Assembly: GCF_006345805.1 (NCBI RefSeq)
Contig: NC_042997.1
Coordinates: forward strand, 189,720,001-189,784,000
DNA length: 64,000 nt
Source of the DNA: Octopus sinensis
Taxonomy: Eukaryota
Reading direction: 5' to 3'
The position numbers and the translations under genes were made by a program. Shown here in pieces: positions 1-13,296 of this stretch. Below the pieces are notes generated by a model. The model searched no databases, was not told the origin of the DNA, and was given only the letters and a program-made list of their open reading frames with translations. Position 1 is the first letter of the stretch. Each line of letters begins with the position of its first letter.

Positions 1-270
1 ACTGATCATCAAGCTTTCAGTCGCAACATTGCCTCTTTTTTTTTTTTTTTTTTTTGTATATCAGGAACTACATTGACCAAAACATCTTTTATGCAGATAG
101 TAGAATGTGTCTTGAAGAAGAATACATAGCTGTTATTTCTAGTAAGTCGAATGCCCACATAGAAATTTCCCTTGCTGAATAGCGAAACTAACGAGAATAT
201 ATCGATGCTCAATTACAATATAGAAAATATTCTTAGTCAGCGATGCAGCAGCGAGACCAAACGAACTCAC

Positions 271-311
<41 letters not shown>

Positions 312-489
312 CCCCCTCTCTCAATCTATCTGTCTGTTTGTCTATCTATCTTCGCGTTTCTTCGTTTGGAAACGAAGAAGATGCATACATGTTGAAAGGA
401 AGAGCTGACAGTGTTTTCAGTTACATATATAGTTACACATACATAAGCTCCATTATTAGTACATATATCTATGCACACATGAATGTGCA

Positions 490-593
490 TGAGTGTGTGT
501 GTATATATATACGTGCGCACGTGCACCCACACATACATACACACATACATACATACATATATACATACATGCATACATACATACATACATACA

Positions 594-625
<32 letters not shown>

Positions 626-900
626 CACATACATACATACATGCATACGTACATACATACATACATACATACATACATACATACATACATACGTACGTAC
701 ATACATACATGCATACATACATACATACATATACGTACGACATACATACATACATACATATCATACGTAGTACATACATACATGCATGCATACATACATA
801 CATACCTCATACATACATACTACGTACATCCAGACATACATACATACATACGTCGTACATACATGCTCATACATACATACTTACATACATACATACATAC
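490..900. repeat. (TACA)n microsatellite tract, imperfect
   Basis: Long run of acat/tgta tetramers; it generates the HTYI/MYVC ORFs of the track. Confidence 0.95.
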
Positions 901-1340
901 ACACTACCTATATGTATGTTTAAATTTTATTATTTATCTCTTGTTATTTTATCTCTCTTGAGGCCACCAGCCACATTAATTACCTCTCCGAATTCTCTTT
1001 ATCTCTACCTCATGTTTCTTTAATTTCTTCAAAATCTTTCCTCCCCTTCCATGTTCTCTTTATTTCAATTCACTGTTTTCTCTCACTGATGCCAATTCAG
1101 TCGTCTTATTTCATTCCTTTAGCTTGGCTCCTTTTATATCGTTGAAAAAAAAAAAAAAATTTCTGCTTGAAAATAAAATTCTTTTTTGCATTTGTATAAG
1201 TGTATGTGTGTGCATTTAGAGTTAGGTTTTCTTTTTTTTTTTTCTTTGGCTGATTATTATGGCTTGTTTTTCTACAGCTGCAGACACGAAGGAAAAGAGA
1301 GAGAAGAAGAAAGAAAGAGAGAGATTACCGAGAGAAACAA

Positions 1341-1371
<31 letters not shown>

Positions 1372-2410
1372 ACTAAAAGAGAGGGAGATTGTGAAAGAAA
1401 GTGATAGAGAGACCGAGAGAAAGGGAGTAGGAGAGAAACCAGGCTTTGATCTAAAATGCTAAGATTGTCAGATTCAGTGGAGTAGGACAACCCGATAGAC
1501 ACCAGCTTGCACAATGGCAACCAACTAAGCGAGGGAGACGGAATCTTCTTGACGACGAATGTTGCTGGTGAATTGGAAGCATTTTCGATAAAAAATTAAC
1601 GTGTATCTATTAGAATATGTACGCATCACACACTCACACGCATATGATATATAAATGTGTGTGCATAAATATATGTGTGTATGCGTGCGTGTGTGTGTAC
1701 GTATGTATGTATAATTCTACATTCATACCGTCGAGTAGTATGTTACTGGTTACAGAATATAACCGGTCAGAAATTTACCGATGGTTTCGTGCTTACTGTT
1801 ACACTTGATAATATTGACGATTCTTCTCACTTACTAGCCGGAAGCACTTACTCTCCTGTATGCTGGAGGGTGGATATGCAATCAAAGTTCACTCAGTGGT
1901 GATTAAAAGAAGAAAGAAACAAGATTAGAAAATACTCCTGAATTCAAAAAGCGAGATTCTTAACCACTGCCTTTATGATAGAAAATTTGTTTTGGTAACG
2001 TGATCGTCCCTTTTTACGGACTAGAGAACGGAAAACAATTATGTAGGAACAGCTGACTCCTGTCAACCACAGCTGACATTTCCTAATTCTATCCTGGAAA
2101 ATGTTATACCTTTCCATTGTTTTATTTTTTTTTTCCTTTCCTTCCACTTCTTATCACCATCGAGTGAACGGGGACTGTATATTCATTTCCGGCATAAAAG
2201 AGACTATGCGCATCCAACTAGCATGCTTGAGGAGTCAGCAGTATTGCCAAATGTAATAGTAAGTTGCTGTGAAACTGTGGATAACTTTCTGACTGGTTAT
2301 ATTCCATGATCAAAAACATACTACTTGACAAAATAAAACAATATTACCACTCAAATTCTGTTTTAGAGTGCGCTTTTTTTTTGATTTCTGAACAACACAA
2401 CTAACCGGTA

Positions 2411-2479
<69 letters not shown>

Positions 2480-2483
<4 letters not shown>

Positions 2484-2658
2484 TAGGAAGAAGGAGCTGA
2501 ACGAAGATTTAACAAATTCCTTTATATTATTTTCTACATATGTTTCGAAGGCTGCAAGTCCCTATTCGGATTAGGGACTTTGCAGCCTCGAACATATGTA
2601 GAAAATAATAAAAAGGAATTTTATTAAATCTTCGTTCAGCTCCATTTCTTCCTACACT
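2480..2658. repeat. ~180-bp fold-back inverted repeat next to (TA)n
   Basis: Arm agtgtaggaag...gcaagtcccta (2480-2564), 7-nt loop ttcggat, then the near-perfect reverse complement tagggact...cttcctacact (2572-2658). Confidence 0.9.
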
Positions 2659-2816
2659 TAATATATAAAACTTCAAATTTCCGCACTAAGGCACGTTTTT
2701 TATGCCCCATGGTCGTAACTTCAACCGTGCTTCTTCCTGTTGTGATTTTTGCTACCCAGGTATCGGTTATCATTTGAATTATCCGTAATAAGATAATTCA
2801 TTTATCTACTTCAATA

Positions 2817-2852
<36 letters not shown>

Positions 2853-2896
2853 AATATATAGATATATATAATATAATAATATATATATATACATAC

Positions 2897-2948
<52 letters not shown>

Positions 2949-3437
2949 GATATATATATATAATATATATTATATTATATATCTATATATATATAATATA
3001 TATAATGCTGAAATAAAAATATATGTATATGTAATCTGTATATATACATATATGTACATACCTTCAAATATTTGTATATATACATGCATATATGGGTACA
3101 GGACGTAAAAAAAGGTGAACAAAATGAAAAACGAACATTTTTTCAAACAACGAAAGAAACAAAGAAAGAGAGAGAAAATAGAAAGTTCCCGACAATGCGG
3201 AAATTAAAAAAAAAACTTTCATATTTCAGCCCCATGTTCAGAAGAAAGAAAAAACATATCTGAGAAATAGCCAAGTTATGTAGGTTCGTTTTAATACATT
3301 CAAGCGAACTACAATGCTCTTATATATGATATATATATAATATGATATATATATAATATATATAATATATATATATATAATTATATATATATATATATAT
3401 ATGATATGTTATATATATCTATATTATATATATAGTA

Positions 3438-3492
<55 letters not shown>

Positions 3493-3533
3493 ATATATCT
3501 ATATATATATATATATATATATAATATATTATG

Positions 3534-3567
<34 letters not shown>

Positions 3568-3587
3568 ATATATATACATATATATAT

Positions 3588-3628
<41 letters not shown>

Positions 3629-3743
3629 ATATATATATATCCGTTATCTATCTAGTTTTGACTTGTTTTTTCATATATATATATTATATATATAATATAT
3701 ATTATATATATAATCAAAATAAGCAACAAGATATCCAGAGGTA

Positions 3744-3831
3744 ATGCAGTACGATCGTTTCATGCAACTCCATTTAATTGAACAATGCATCATTACATCA
3801 ATTTAAAATGCAAAGCAATCGTCAGCAGCAC
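3744..3831 (-). ncRNA. Type I hammerhead ribozyme, slightly decayed
   Basis: Minus strand: GUGCUG-CUGACGA-UUGC...GCAU-GAAAC-GAUC-GUA^CUGCAU. Palindromic helix III ACGAUCGU; one U-U mismatch in helix I and one at 10.1-11.1. Confidence 0.55.
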
Positions 3832-3929
3832 AAAGACATAGAATTTAAATTAACTAGAACAGATGGACGCACTAGCATAATTATACCTAAAATCTCCAAG
3901 AAGTTAAGGAGATAGACAAAGAACATACT

Positions 3930-4075
3930 GAAAGTGAATGTAGCTAAGAGTAAGGTGATGAGATGATCGAGAAATAGAATGACTGGATGGATGTGAGTAT
4001 ATATGGTAAGATGTTAGAGGAGGTGAGTGTTTTTAAGTATCTGGGACCACATGTAACGGCAGATGGGGTGGGGTT
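3930..4075 (+). mobile_element. RTE-type LINE reverse transcriptase fragment (post-YADD thumb region)
   Basis: Translates to VNVAKSKVM...DVSIYGKMLEEVSVFKYLG, matching the conserved K(T/S)KVM...LEEV..FKYLG pattern; contains a stop codon. Confidence 0.7.
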
Positions 4076-4094
4076 GGCTGAGGATATATGTGTG

Positions 4095-4126
<32 letters not shown>

Positions 4127-4814
4127 TGTATGTGTATGTATGTATGTATGTATCTATTTATCTATCTATCTATTTATCTATCTATGCATATGTATGTATA
4201 TAAATATGTATGTATATAAATATATAAGTATGTACTATGTGTGTATGACGAGCGAATATGTGTGTGGGTATTCCTGTGTTTTTTCATGTGAAAACAACTT
4301 ACAGCTACGTAAAGCTATTCAAGACTTCCAACGGTAGAATATGTTATATTATATGAATATAACACACTCTACTCCTTGAGGTATTCAATACGCTTTTTGT
4401 ATGTGTAAGTTTTGTTCACACGAACAAAGTACAAGAATGTTAATTAGCTCCCCTGTCTCGAATATTTTGAATATTTTAATTACACACACTAAAACAAAGA
4501 CATAACAGATAAACTAATACACATACATACATACATACACACACATACATATGTTTACATACACATACACGCTCATGTGCGTATATACTTATACTCATGT
4601 ATGTGTATGTATTTGTGTAAGTATGTGTAGGTTTGAACGTGTGTTAGCGTACTTTAGTGTTAATAAGCGATTAAAATTACACTTCAATACGTTTTAAACG
4701 TAGAGTGTATATTTATTCATCTAGATTCAGGACTTGCAGCTGGATCATTGCTTCCTTGTATTACTAAAGTACAATAATATTTTGTAGCTCTGATTATAGT
4801 GTTGTATATATATA

Positions 4815-5020
4815 TATATGTATATAGGGGGAGAGTTCACGAACAAAAACAAAAGACAAAGACAGGTGGTAGAGAAAACAAACAGATGTATTGGTATAAC
4901 GCTCAGGAATTGAAAAAGTCTTTTACGTTTCAAGCCTACGCTCTTCTACAGATAAGAACACAGAAAGAAAAGGAGAGAAACAAGGAGAGAAAAAAATGTT
5001 TGTAATGGCTACCGATCTAT
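4815..5020 (-). mobile_element. Dispersed repeat with Penelope-terminus-like motif (copy 1)
   Basis: Reverse complement of 57410-57620; shared motif gaagagcgtaggct(c/t)gaaacgt..aagacttttt. Both copies abut (TA)n. The PLE assignment is inference. Confidence 0.55.
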
Positions 5021-5514
5021 CATGGTAAATGCCGGACAGAGGGGTCACACAGGAGAGCGAAGAAGTAGGGGAGATAACAAAGTAAAGATGATCCCCAAAT
5101 CGAAGGGGCGTGTGTGTATAAGAGAGTACTTATGTGTGTGTGAAAGAGGGCTGGTGGTCTTGACGTGTACATGTATATACATATATAACCCCCTCACCCA
5201 CACATACACACGCAAATTGTATGTTATCAATTTTATGGTTCAATTTTCTATGAAATTTGGCTAGTCGTTAATGAGGATATGTATTACACGGGTCCAAGGA
5301 GGACTTCTTTTTCGTCTCCACAAAGTCGAATGATTTAGTTTAGATAGTATACTGCCGTTGGAAATAATACTAGCTAGAGAGAATACTATTTGAAGATTAT
5401 ACTATAGTATCAACGATACAAGGTGGGTACGTTGGTGTAAATGTTAGCACACTTGTCGCGAAAACATAGAGGTGTGTGTACGAGTCCCCGCCGTACGGAA
5501 AACTCACTTTTAAG

Positions 5515-5812
5515 TGGTGGCACATGGCCTAGTGGTTAGAGCAGCGGATTCGCGGTTTAGAATCTCAGACCGGGCGATGTGTGTGTTTATGAGTGAAACA
5601 CCTAAGCTCCACGCGGCTCCGGCAGAAGGTAATGGCGAACTTCTGCTGACTCTTTCGCCACAACTTTCACTCATTATTTCCTCCTGCATCTTGCAGCTCA
5701 CCTGCGACGGACCGGCGTCCCGTCCAGGTGGGGAACCTATACGCCAAGAAAACCGGGAAACCGGCCCTTATGAACAGGCGTGGCTCGAGAAGGAACAAAT
5801 AATCAACAATAC
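5515..5812 (+). mobile_element. tRNA-derived SINE, family C
   Basis: Head tggcctagtggttaga (A box); 3' part ccgtccaggtgggga...aaccgggaaaccggccc.tatga is shared with 40586-40832 and 44985-45447. Confidence 0.8.
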
Positions 5813-6358
5813 AAAAATTAAAGCCATTTGTCAGAATTAAAAACATAAAATAAGCTAAGGGAAATAACTCAAATGGATGATTGTTCGGATGATGATACAA
5901 ACAAGTTCTCAATTGATAGAAATTTGATTTTTTTGTTGGAGAAAGCAAATAAAAGTTTCGCACTCAATGCAATTTTAAAAAAGAATGAGGAAATAATTTT
6001 AAGAAATTAAAAATTAAAAATTAAAAATTAATCTCTGTAAATGAGATAATTTGGTGAAATTAATTTATATGCTTAAACATTTGGTTATTGCTTGGAAAGT
6101 AAAAGCAAATATGGATTTATCTGTTATACTAACACAATATACTGATTTCTACCTGAGACACAAAGTATCAAATTTGGAAAAGGGATCAGTCAATTGTATC
6201 TTCCTCAGGTATGTAGGTCTTTACTTTATTGATGCCGGAAAGATGAAAGGCAAAACTGACCATGATGTGGTTTGAACTCAGAACATCAAGAGGTGCTTTA
6301 ATGCTTTTACCACTCATCACATTAGACAGAAAAACAGATCCAGTTATTCTTGAAATCA

Positions 6359-6617
6359 CAGTGTTTCTCAACCGTTTTTTTTTTTTAGCTATGAAACCCC
6401 CTATTGATTTTCATTTTACTCCAATGGACCAGACCCTCTTAGCCATTCGATGTTTAAAAAAATCTAATTATATTTTTATAATTAAATATTATTAGGAACT
6501 GTGTAAAAAAATAGTTTAAAATATTTTATGTATCGGAGAAGTGTAACCAATTTCTTGCAGATAAAAAATTTAACCAGGAAATCCAAAGGCCTTAAGGACC
6601 TCCACTGAGAATCACTG
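6359..6617. mobile_element. Probable hAT (Charlie-like) MITE
   Basis: Imperfect TIRs CAGTGTTTCTCAAC / CTGAGAATCACTG; no recognisable 8-bp TSD. Confidence 0.45.
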
Positions 6618-6783
6618 ACATATTATCTACATTGTAGATTGTAGCAGTGAAATCAGTCAATGTTTATATCAAGCAATTAGGTGTCAGTAAGCACATTGGA
6701 CTACGACAACTGTTTTCGACCTGATAAATACCAGCATCGAGCAAATATGAAATTTATATCTCTCCTCTTCTTGTTAATGATTC

Positions 6784-6946
6784 TAGGTGCAGGTGTGGCT
6801 GTGTGATAAGAAGATTGCTTCCGAACAACAAGGTTCAGGCTTCTGTCCCAAAATGTGGCACCTTGGGTAAGTGTCTTCTACTATAGCCCCTGATCAAACA
6901 AAGCCTTGTGAGTGGATCTGGAAAATGGAAACTGAAAAGAAGCCCG

Positions 6947-6986
<40 letters not shown>

Positions 6987-7010
6987 TATATCTATCTATC
7001 TATCTATCTA

Positions 7011-7070
<60 letters not shown>

Positions 7071-7205
7071 TCTATCAATAAACACACATGGATCCTGGAG
7101 AGCTGACCAACTCTTATCAAGCGTCCACTCCGTGCCAGTGTGTAAAACGGAAGTTAAATGATGATGATGGTGGTGGTCGTAACGATGATGATCATGATGA
7201 TTATG
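6784..7205 (+). mobile_element. SINE family A variant with different 3' tail ending in (GAT)n
   Basis: Diverged family A head (gtggctgtgtg...cttgggtaagtgtcttctactatagc), then (ATCT)n, then tail ...gtgtaaaacggaagttaaatgatgatgatg. Confidence 0.7.
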
Positions 7206-7262
<57 letters not shown>

Positions 7263-8609
7263 GATCAATAAATGGTGGGGTTGTGTTGACCGCACGTGGA
7301 GAAATGATAAGTAAGGAAAAATTTTTTTAAAAATGCAGAATGCTCAAATGAAAGAAAATTTTAATAAAATGAGAAAATGATAAAATATATAAATATATAT
7401 TTATTCAACCGGTTTTCGTCATTGTATGACTTGTCAAGAATATTTATGTTTTAAGAAGTTTTTTTAAAAATTAGAAAGGGGAAAAAAAGAAAATTGCATT
7501 GTTTTTTGTAAAAGAATAATGATAAAAATGTACAAAAATTAAAAAATAAGTTCTCCGATACATTGTGAGTTCGTTGTGTATCTTGAGTTTTATGGTTGTT
7601 TACGAAACAAATTACCTTGGGTGTTAAGATCCAAGGGATTAAGAGCATGTGTTGTGTTGTGTTGTTAAATTCAGCATGTTTGCAGGACAGGAAGTAGTAG
7701 TAATTGTGGTCCTGGTTCTTCAGTTCCTGTGTTGTGAGTAAGGGGAGAAAACTCTTTTGAGTTCTTCAATAAAACCCAAATTATAAAACTATCATTTTAG
7801 CTTCATTTGCATTATCTTTTTTATATAATTGCTTGTTAACTTAACTTTCAGATTTTAACACTTTATTTATATTATTTTCTAATAATATAAATCTGCATAG
7901 ACAATTGCATTTCAAATTGTCATATCATTTATAATAAAAATGATAGTAATAACAACAATAGTAAAAATGATATTTAAAGAATATAAGTTTTAGCTTGAAG
8001 TGATGAATGCATGGTATCTTTATATATTTGTGTTAGTCCATGTGTTAGTTGCTAGAAATAACAGCCAAAACATTGTTTAAACCAGACATTTATTAGTTTA
8101 AAAAATTCAAGAACTAAAGTTTGCAATACACTCTAAGATTTTATAAAATAAATGATCTTTCTCGTATCTCCTTCTTCACATAAATTCACAAATATAAGAA
8201 TCAACCATGCCCAGATACTTTCAATTTGTTGAGTGTGAGTCCCATCTGTTATGAAAGCAAATAATTATAGAACAAATGGTGATTACACTCCTTGTGCGCA
8301 TGCGCAGCATCTTTCGTTACTATGGAAACAGAGTTCTTCGCACTCAGCTATGAAACACGCGGTGCTTCTTTGGTTTGGTTACTATAGAAGCAGACTTCTT
8401 CGTCAAGGTTATGTCTAAAATAGTCATTTCTGATTGGCTAAAGTACCCAAATTTTGCAAATTTTAAAAGCTAATAATTTCTTAATTATGGATATATAAAG
8501 AAAGTGAATTTCATTTTTATAATTAGTATACAAAACTTAATCTATATACCAAATTTGGAAACAATTGGAACAGAATCGAAAACAAGGAAGAAAACCACAA
8601 AGATCCGTT

Positions 8610-8767
8610 CCAGTCATTAAACTTCGGCCATGCTGGGTAAGGCCTAGTGTTTATCCTGTGGGACCCTTTGGCCGAACCGCTAAGTTACGGAGACGTAAAC
8701 ACACTAACACCGGCTGTGAAGTGGTAGGGTGGAGGCAAACAGAGACACAAAGACGTACACACCCACG

Positions 8768-8808
<41 letters not shown>

Positions 8809-8960
8809 ACATACCACACACACACACACACACACATACACACACACACATACATACGTATATACGACAGGGTTCTTCCAGTTTCCGTCTATCAAATCAA
8901 CTCACCTCAGGCTATAGTGGAAGAATCGACCTTAGGTGCCACGTAGTAGGACGGAACCCG
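8610..8960 (-). mobile_element. SINE family A, diverged copy
   Basis: Reverse complement of family A blocks (ccgaaccgctaagttac, cagtttccgtcta) flanking (CA)n. Confidence 0.75.
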
Positions 8961-9017
8961 CCTAAGTCTATATATATGTGTATGTATGTATACATACATA
9001 CATATATATATATGTGT

Positions 9018-9075
<58 letters not shown>

Positions 9076-9859
9076 GGACATGTGAACAATTTTGCATTGA
9101 TCTGAAGGGTTACTCCATAATTTTTTTAATAAAAATTTATTATTCTTTAACAACAATAGTACTGACATGGACTTCGAAGTCTTGGCCAGCTTAGCCATCA
9201 TCGGACTGCGTACACACATACATGTATACACACACTCACACACACACATATACATGCATACATAAACACATATGCATCAGTGCGTACGTGCGTATATGTA
9301 TGTGTGGTTGGGTGTGCATGTGTGTATGTGTGAATTTGTGGTGTGTGCGTTTAGGAAAAAAAGCATAAAATACCACCTACGCAATTTACAACTTCCTATG
9401 AAAAGGAAAACAATTCCTCTCTGTTATTTAAGAAGGTAGGTTGAGACGATATACAATGTAATGGTGAACAAGTTCCCTGAACTGTGAACTACAAAAACAA
9501 AGACAACAAAAAAGGGAAATTAAAAAGTCTGAGAAATTAGTCACATTTATATAGAAGTCATTTTTTTTATATGAGTCATATCTATTATGTTTTATGGTGT
9601 AAATTTGGATTAAACAAAACCTGTGGAAATAGATAAAAGTGTCACATAATTAGGCATTATAGAGACAAGAATATTTCACAGAATATTTAGCAATGATACA
9701 TATAATTAGAGAATATGTGATACTTTTCCCTGCATGAGATGTTACATGAACTGTTTTTAAACACTAATTCATCCACAGTAATACTAATGTACGTATAAGA
9801 TTTGTGAAATGAAACTGTCAATAGGGTATATTGAGTTTTTTTTTTTTTTTACAATTCCT

Positions 9860-10180
9860 GTGGCTCTGTGATAAGAAGCTTATGTCCCAGCGACATGATT
9901 CCGGGTTCGGTCCAACTGCGTGGCACATTGGGCAAGTGCCTTCTACTATAATCTCTACTATAAAGCCTTGTGAGTGGATTTGGTAGACGGAAACTGATAG
10001 AAACCCGTCGCGTATCTATCTATCTATCTATCTATCTATCTGTCTGTCTGTCTGTCTGTATGTATATATGTATGCATGTATGTATGTATGTATGTATGTA
10101 TAATATATATATGCATATATTTGTACGTTTGTCCTCCCCGTACCATGCCTTGACAACCGATGGTGGTGTGTTTATTTCTA
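9860..10180 (+). mobile_element. SINE family A, partial
   Basis: ttccgggttcggtcc B-box-like, ttgggcaagtg CORE-like block, gccttgtgagtggatttggtagacggaaactga. Confidence 0.8.
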
Positions 10181-10306
10181 TAAATTGCCTTTGACGTTAT
10201 ATCTATTAACGTTTTTTTTTAAATAACTTACCAGCGTTCCCTTCTTTATACATGTAGTAATTACATTTGGTTAAAATGTCTTACTGATGCGTTTTGTTTC
10301 TCTTTC

Positions 10307-10394
10307 TTTCCCTGATGAGAAGATTGCATTGTTTTACATCATTTTATTCCTTCTGGATTAATACCAATGTTTACTTCGAAACATATGTCGGAAG
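10307..10394 (+). ncRNA. Type I hammerhead ribozyme, intact core
   Basis: UUUCC-CUGAUGA-GAAG(...51 nt...)CUUC-GAAAC-AUAU-GUC^GGAAG. Helix I 5 bp, helix II 4 bp plus extension, palindromic helix III ACAUAUGU; predicted cleavage after 10389. Confidence 0.85.
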
Positions 10395-11142
10395 TATAAA
10401 GATTTGAATAACACCTGCGTTTAATTCCATATATATATAAAATTAAATAAGGGTAGAAATTGATATTAATCAATTAAAACCAGTGGCTTAGCATATATAT
10501 TTAAAAATCCGAAGATTAAAAATTGTTTTACATACAAAATTTAGAGGACTGACCACTAAAAGTGGACAGCCTATATGCTAAACATAGACGTCAAATCGCC
10601 ATTACCACGAAGAATGTGTTCTCATGAAAAATCTCAGTAAAAAACCAAAATGCAAAAATAAGCAAGACAAATGAAAATATACGAAATAAAAAACGATTAC
10701 CTATGTACCAATTGGTTTCACTTGTTAATATTTACGTATATGGACACGCAACTATCTGCAAAATCATCAGTCTCTATATAAAGACGACGTATGAGCGTTC
10801 AGATTTTGCCGAACGACCTGCACAAATGATTTGTTCATAGTGATCAAATGTCCGCACCGCATATTAGCTCACCCTCTTCATCGAATCGGTGATTGTCTGA
10901 ACAGATGCACGGAGTACCACGCGTGGGGTATCGAAGTTATCGTAGAGCAACCTGAGATGAAGTGTTTTGCTCAAGAAAGCATCACACCACTCAGTCTAGG
11001 AATTGAAAATACTATTGCTAGATCAGCGAGTGCAACACTTAACCATTAAGCCATGCACCCTCATACACACACACGCACACACACACGCGCAAATACACAC
11101 ACACGCACAAATACACACACACGCGCAAACACACAAATATAC

Positions 11143-11376
11143 ATATTTCTTTACTACCCACAAGGGGCTAAACATAGAGGGGACAAACAAGGACAGACAA
11201 AGGGATTAAGTCGATTACATCGAACCCAGTGCGCAACTGGTACTTAATTTATCGACCCCGAAAGGATGAAAGGCAAAGTCTACCTCGGCGGAATTTGAAC
11301 TCAGAACGTAACGGCAGACGAAATACGGCTACGCATTTCGCCCGGCGTGCTAACGTTTCTGCCAGCTCGCCGCCTT
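11143..11376 (-). mobile_element. tRNA-derived SINE, family B, monomer
   Basis: Reverse complement of aaggcggcgagctggcagaaacgttagc...gagttcaaattcc (B box)...gtcgactttgcctttcatcctttcggggtcgat central domain...taaagaaat tail. Confidence 0.9.
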
Positions 11377-11379
11377 GAT

Positions 11380-11431
<52 letters not shown>

Positions 11432-11991
11432 TGTATGTATATTGTTGGCTTTAAGCTGGTTGACTCGAAGAAAGATTTTTCTGATAAAACCTACTCATTT
11501 ACAAACGGAGAATGTGTACACTTTTCCTTAGGTTGCAAGCCGTTCTAGTTATAACAATAACGAGCTTGGAAATACTCAAAGGAGACACACAGCAGATATA
11601 CAGCAGACTAGACGAAGCGGAACACCCAAAGACTGGCTTTCTAGAACTATCTGTATGCAAAGCTTCTCATTCCATTTTTCATATCAGAATCCCTCTCTTT
11701 ATTTTACATTGAATATATACGAGGGTATTAAGTAAATACGCGTGTAATATATAAGGTTAGCGTGTGTCTGTATGCATAGATATGGGTGTTTGAATTACGT
11801 CGATGCAGGTCTGTCTGAAAATTGTTTTTACAAATCCTGAACTGAGGTTGATATTGCTATATATATCTATGTATTTTTGTTTTGATATGGGGACCACCAG
11901 ATGAGATGGTGTATTTACGTGCACTGCACTCCTTGCTCTTTTACTGCAGTCAAAGTCAGTCTCATGTCTGGGTCAACAGCAATAGCTGTAC

Positions 11992-12037
<46 letters not shown>

Positions 12038-12108
12038 TTTGTAAATCCTTGTGTGTATCACTATCAGCTATTTATATATACACATACATACATACATACA
12101 TACATACA

Positions 12109-12144
<36 letters not shown>

Positions 12145-12201
12145 TATACATATATACACAGATATATATATCCATATATATTAAATTATATATATATATA
12201 T

Positions 12202-12241
<40 letters not shown>

Positions 12242-12620
12242 TAAATTATGTATAATAGAAAGTGTGTGTGTGTCTATGTATGTATGGATGGATGTATGGA
12301 TGTATGTAGGCATGTATGCATCTATGTGTGGATGTATATATGCATGCGTTTTTGCAAGCATATCTGTGAAGTTCAGAAGTTCGTTCCGTATCTACGAAGC
12401 TCCGAGCTTGAGCTTGTGTCACACCCTCTTTGGGCAAGTGTCTTTCCTGTTGTCTCACATTAACCAGTGTCTTTCGAGTGGAATGTGGCAGTCACACACA
12501 CTGTGGAGAGGCTTAACCTATATTACATGCCTATTGTAGCCTTGCTTTATTGCAAAACTGAAACAAAATTGTAAGAAGAGAACAGGCAAAAAAAAAAAAA
12601 AAAAGAAGATAACCAACCAT

Positions 12621-13296
12621 AGGCGCAGGAGTGGCTGTGTGGTAAGTAGCTTGCTAACCAACCACATGGTTCCGGGTTCAGTCCCATTGCGTGGCACCTT
12701 GGGCAAGTGTCTTCTGCTATAGCTCCGGGCCGACCAATGCCTTGTGAGTGGATTTGGTAGACGGAAACTGAAAGAAGCCTGTCGTATATATGTATATATA
12801 TATATATGTATGTGTGTGTTTGTGTGTCTGTGTTTGTCCCCACCACCATCGCTTGACAACCGATGCTGGTGTGTTTACGTCCCCGTCACTTAGCGGTTCG
12901 GCAAAAAGAGACCGATAGAATAATAAGTACTGGGCTTACAAAAAAGAATAAGTCCCGCCGGGGTCGATTTGCTCGACTAAAAAAAAGGCGGTGCTCCAGC
13001 ATGGCCGCAGTCAAATGACTGAAACAAGTAAAAGAGTAAAGAGTAAGAGTAATGTATGTGTGTGTTTGTGTGTCTGTGTTTGTCCCCCTAGCATTGCTTG
13101 ACAACCGATGCTGGTGTGTTTACGTCCCCGTCACTTAGCGGTTCGGCAAAATAGACCGATAGAATAAGTACTGGGCTTACAAAAAAGAATAAGTCCCGCC
13201 AGGGTCGATTTGCTCGACTAAAAAAAAGGCGGTGCTCCAGCATGGCCGCAGTCAAATGACTGAAACAAGTAAAAGAGTAAAAAGAGTAAAAGAGTA
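12621..13296 (+). mobile_element. SINE family A, full length plus tandem duplicate of its 3' half
   Basis: aggcgcaggagtggctgtgtggtaag head, gggttcagtccc B box, cttgggcaagtg CORE-like block, (TG)n, tail gaaacaagtaaaagag. The 3' half is repeated at 13051-13296. Confidence 0.92.

Noticed and set aside
326-1023. Long ORFs such as [16 protein letters not shown] (also 24-31 kb, 34 kb, 47 kb, 63 kb)
   Set aside because: Translations of (TACA)n, (TA)n and (TG)n microsatellites that lack stops by composition; no domain content.
12621-12700. tRNA-like A/B boxes in SINE heads as real tRNA genes
   Set aside because: No complete cloverleaf, and each continues into a SINE body and tail.
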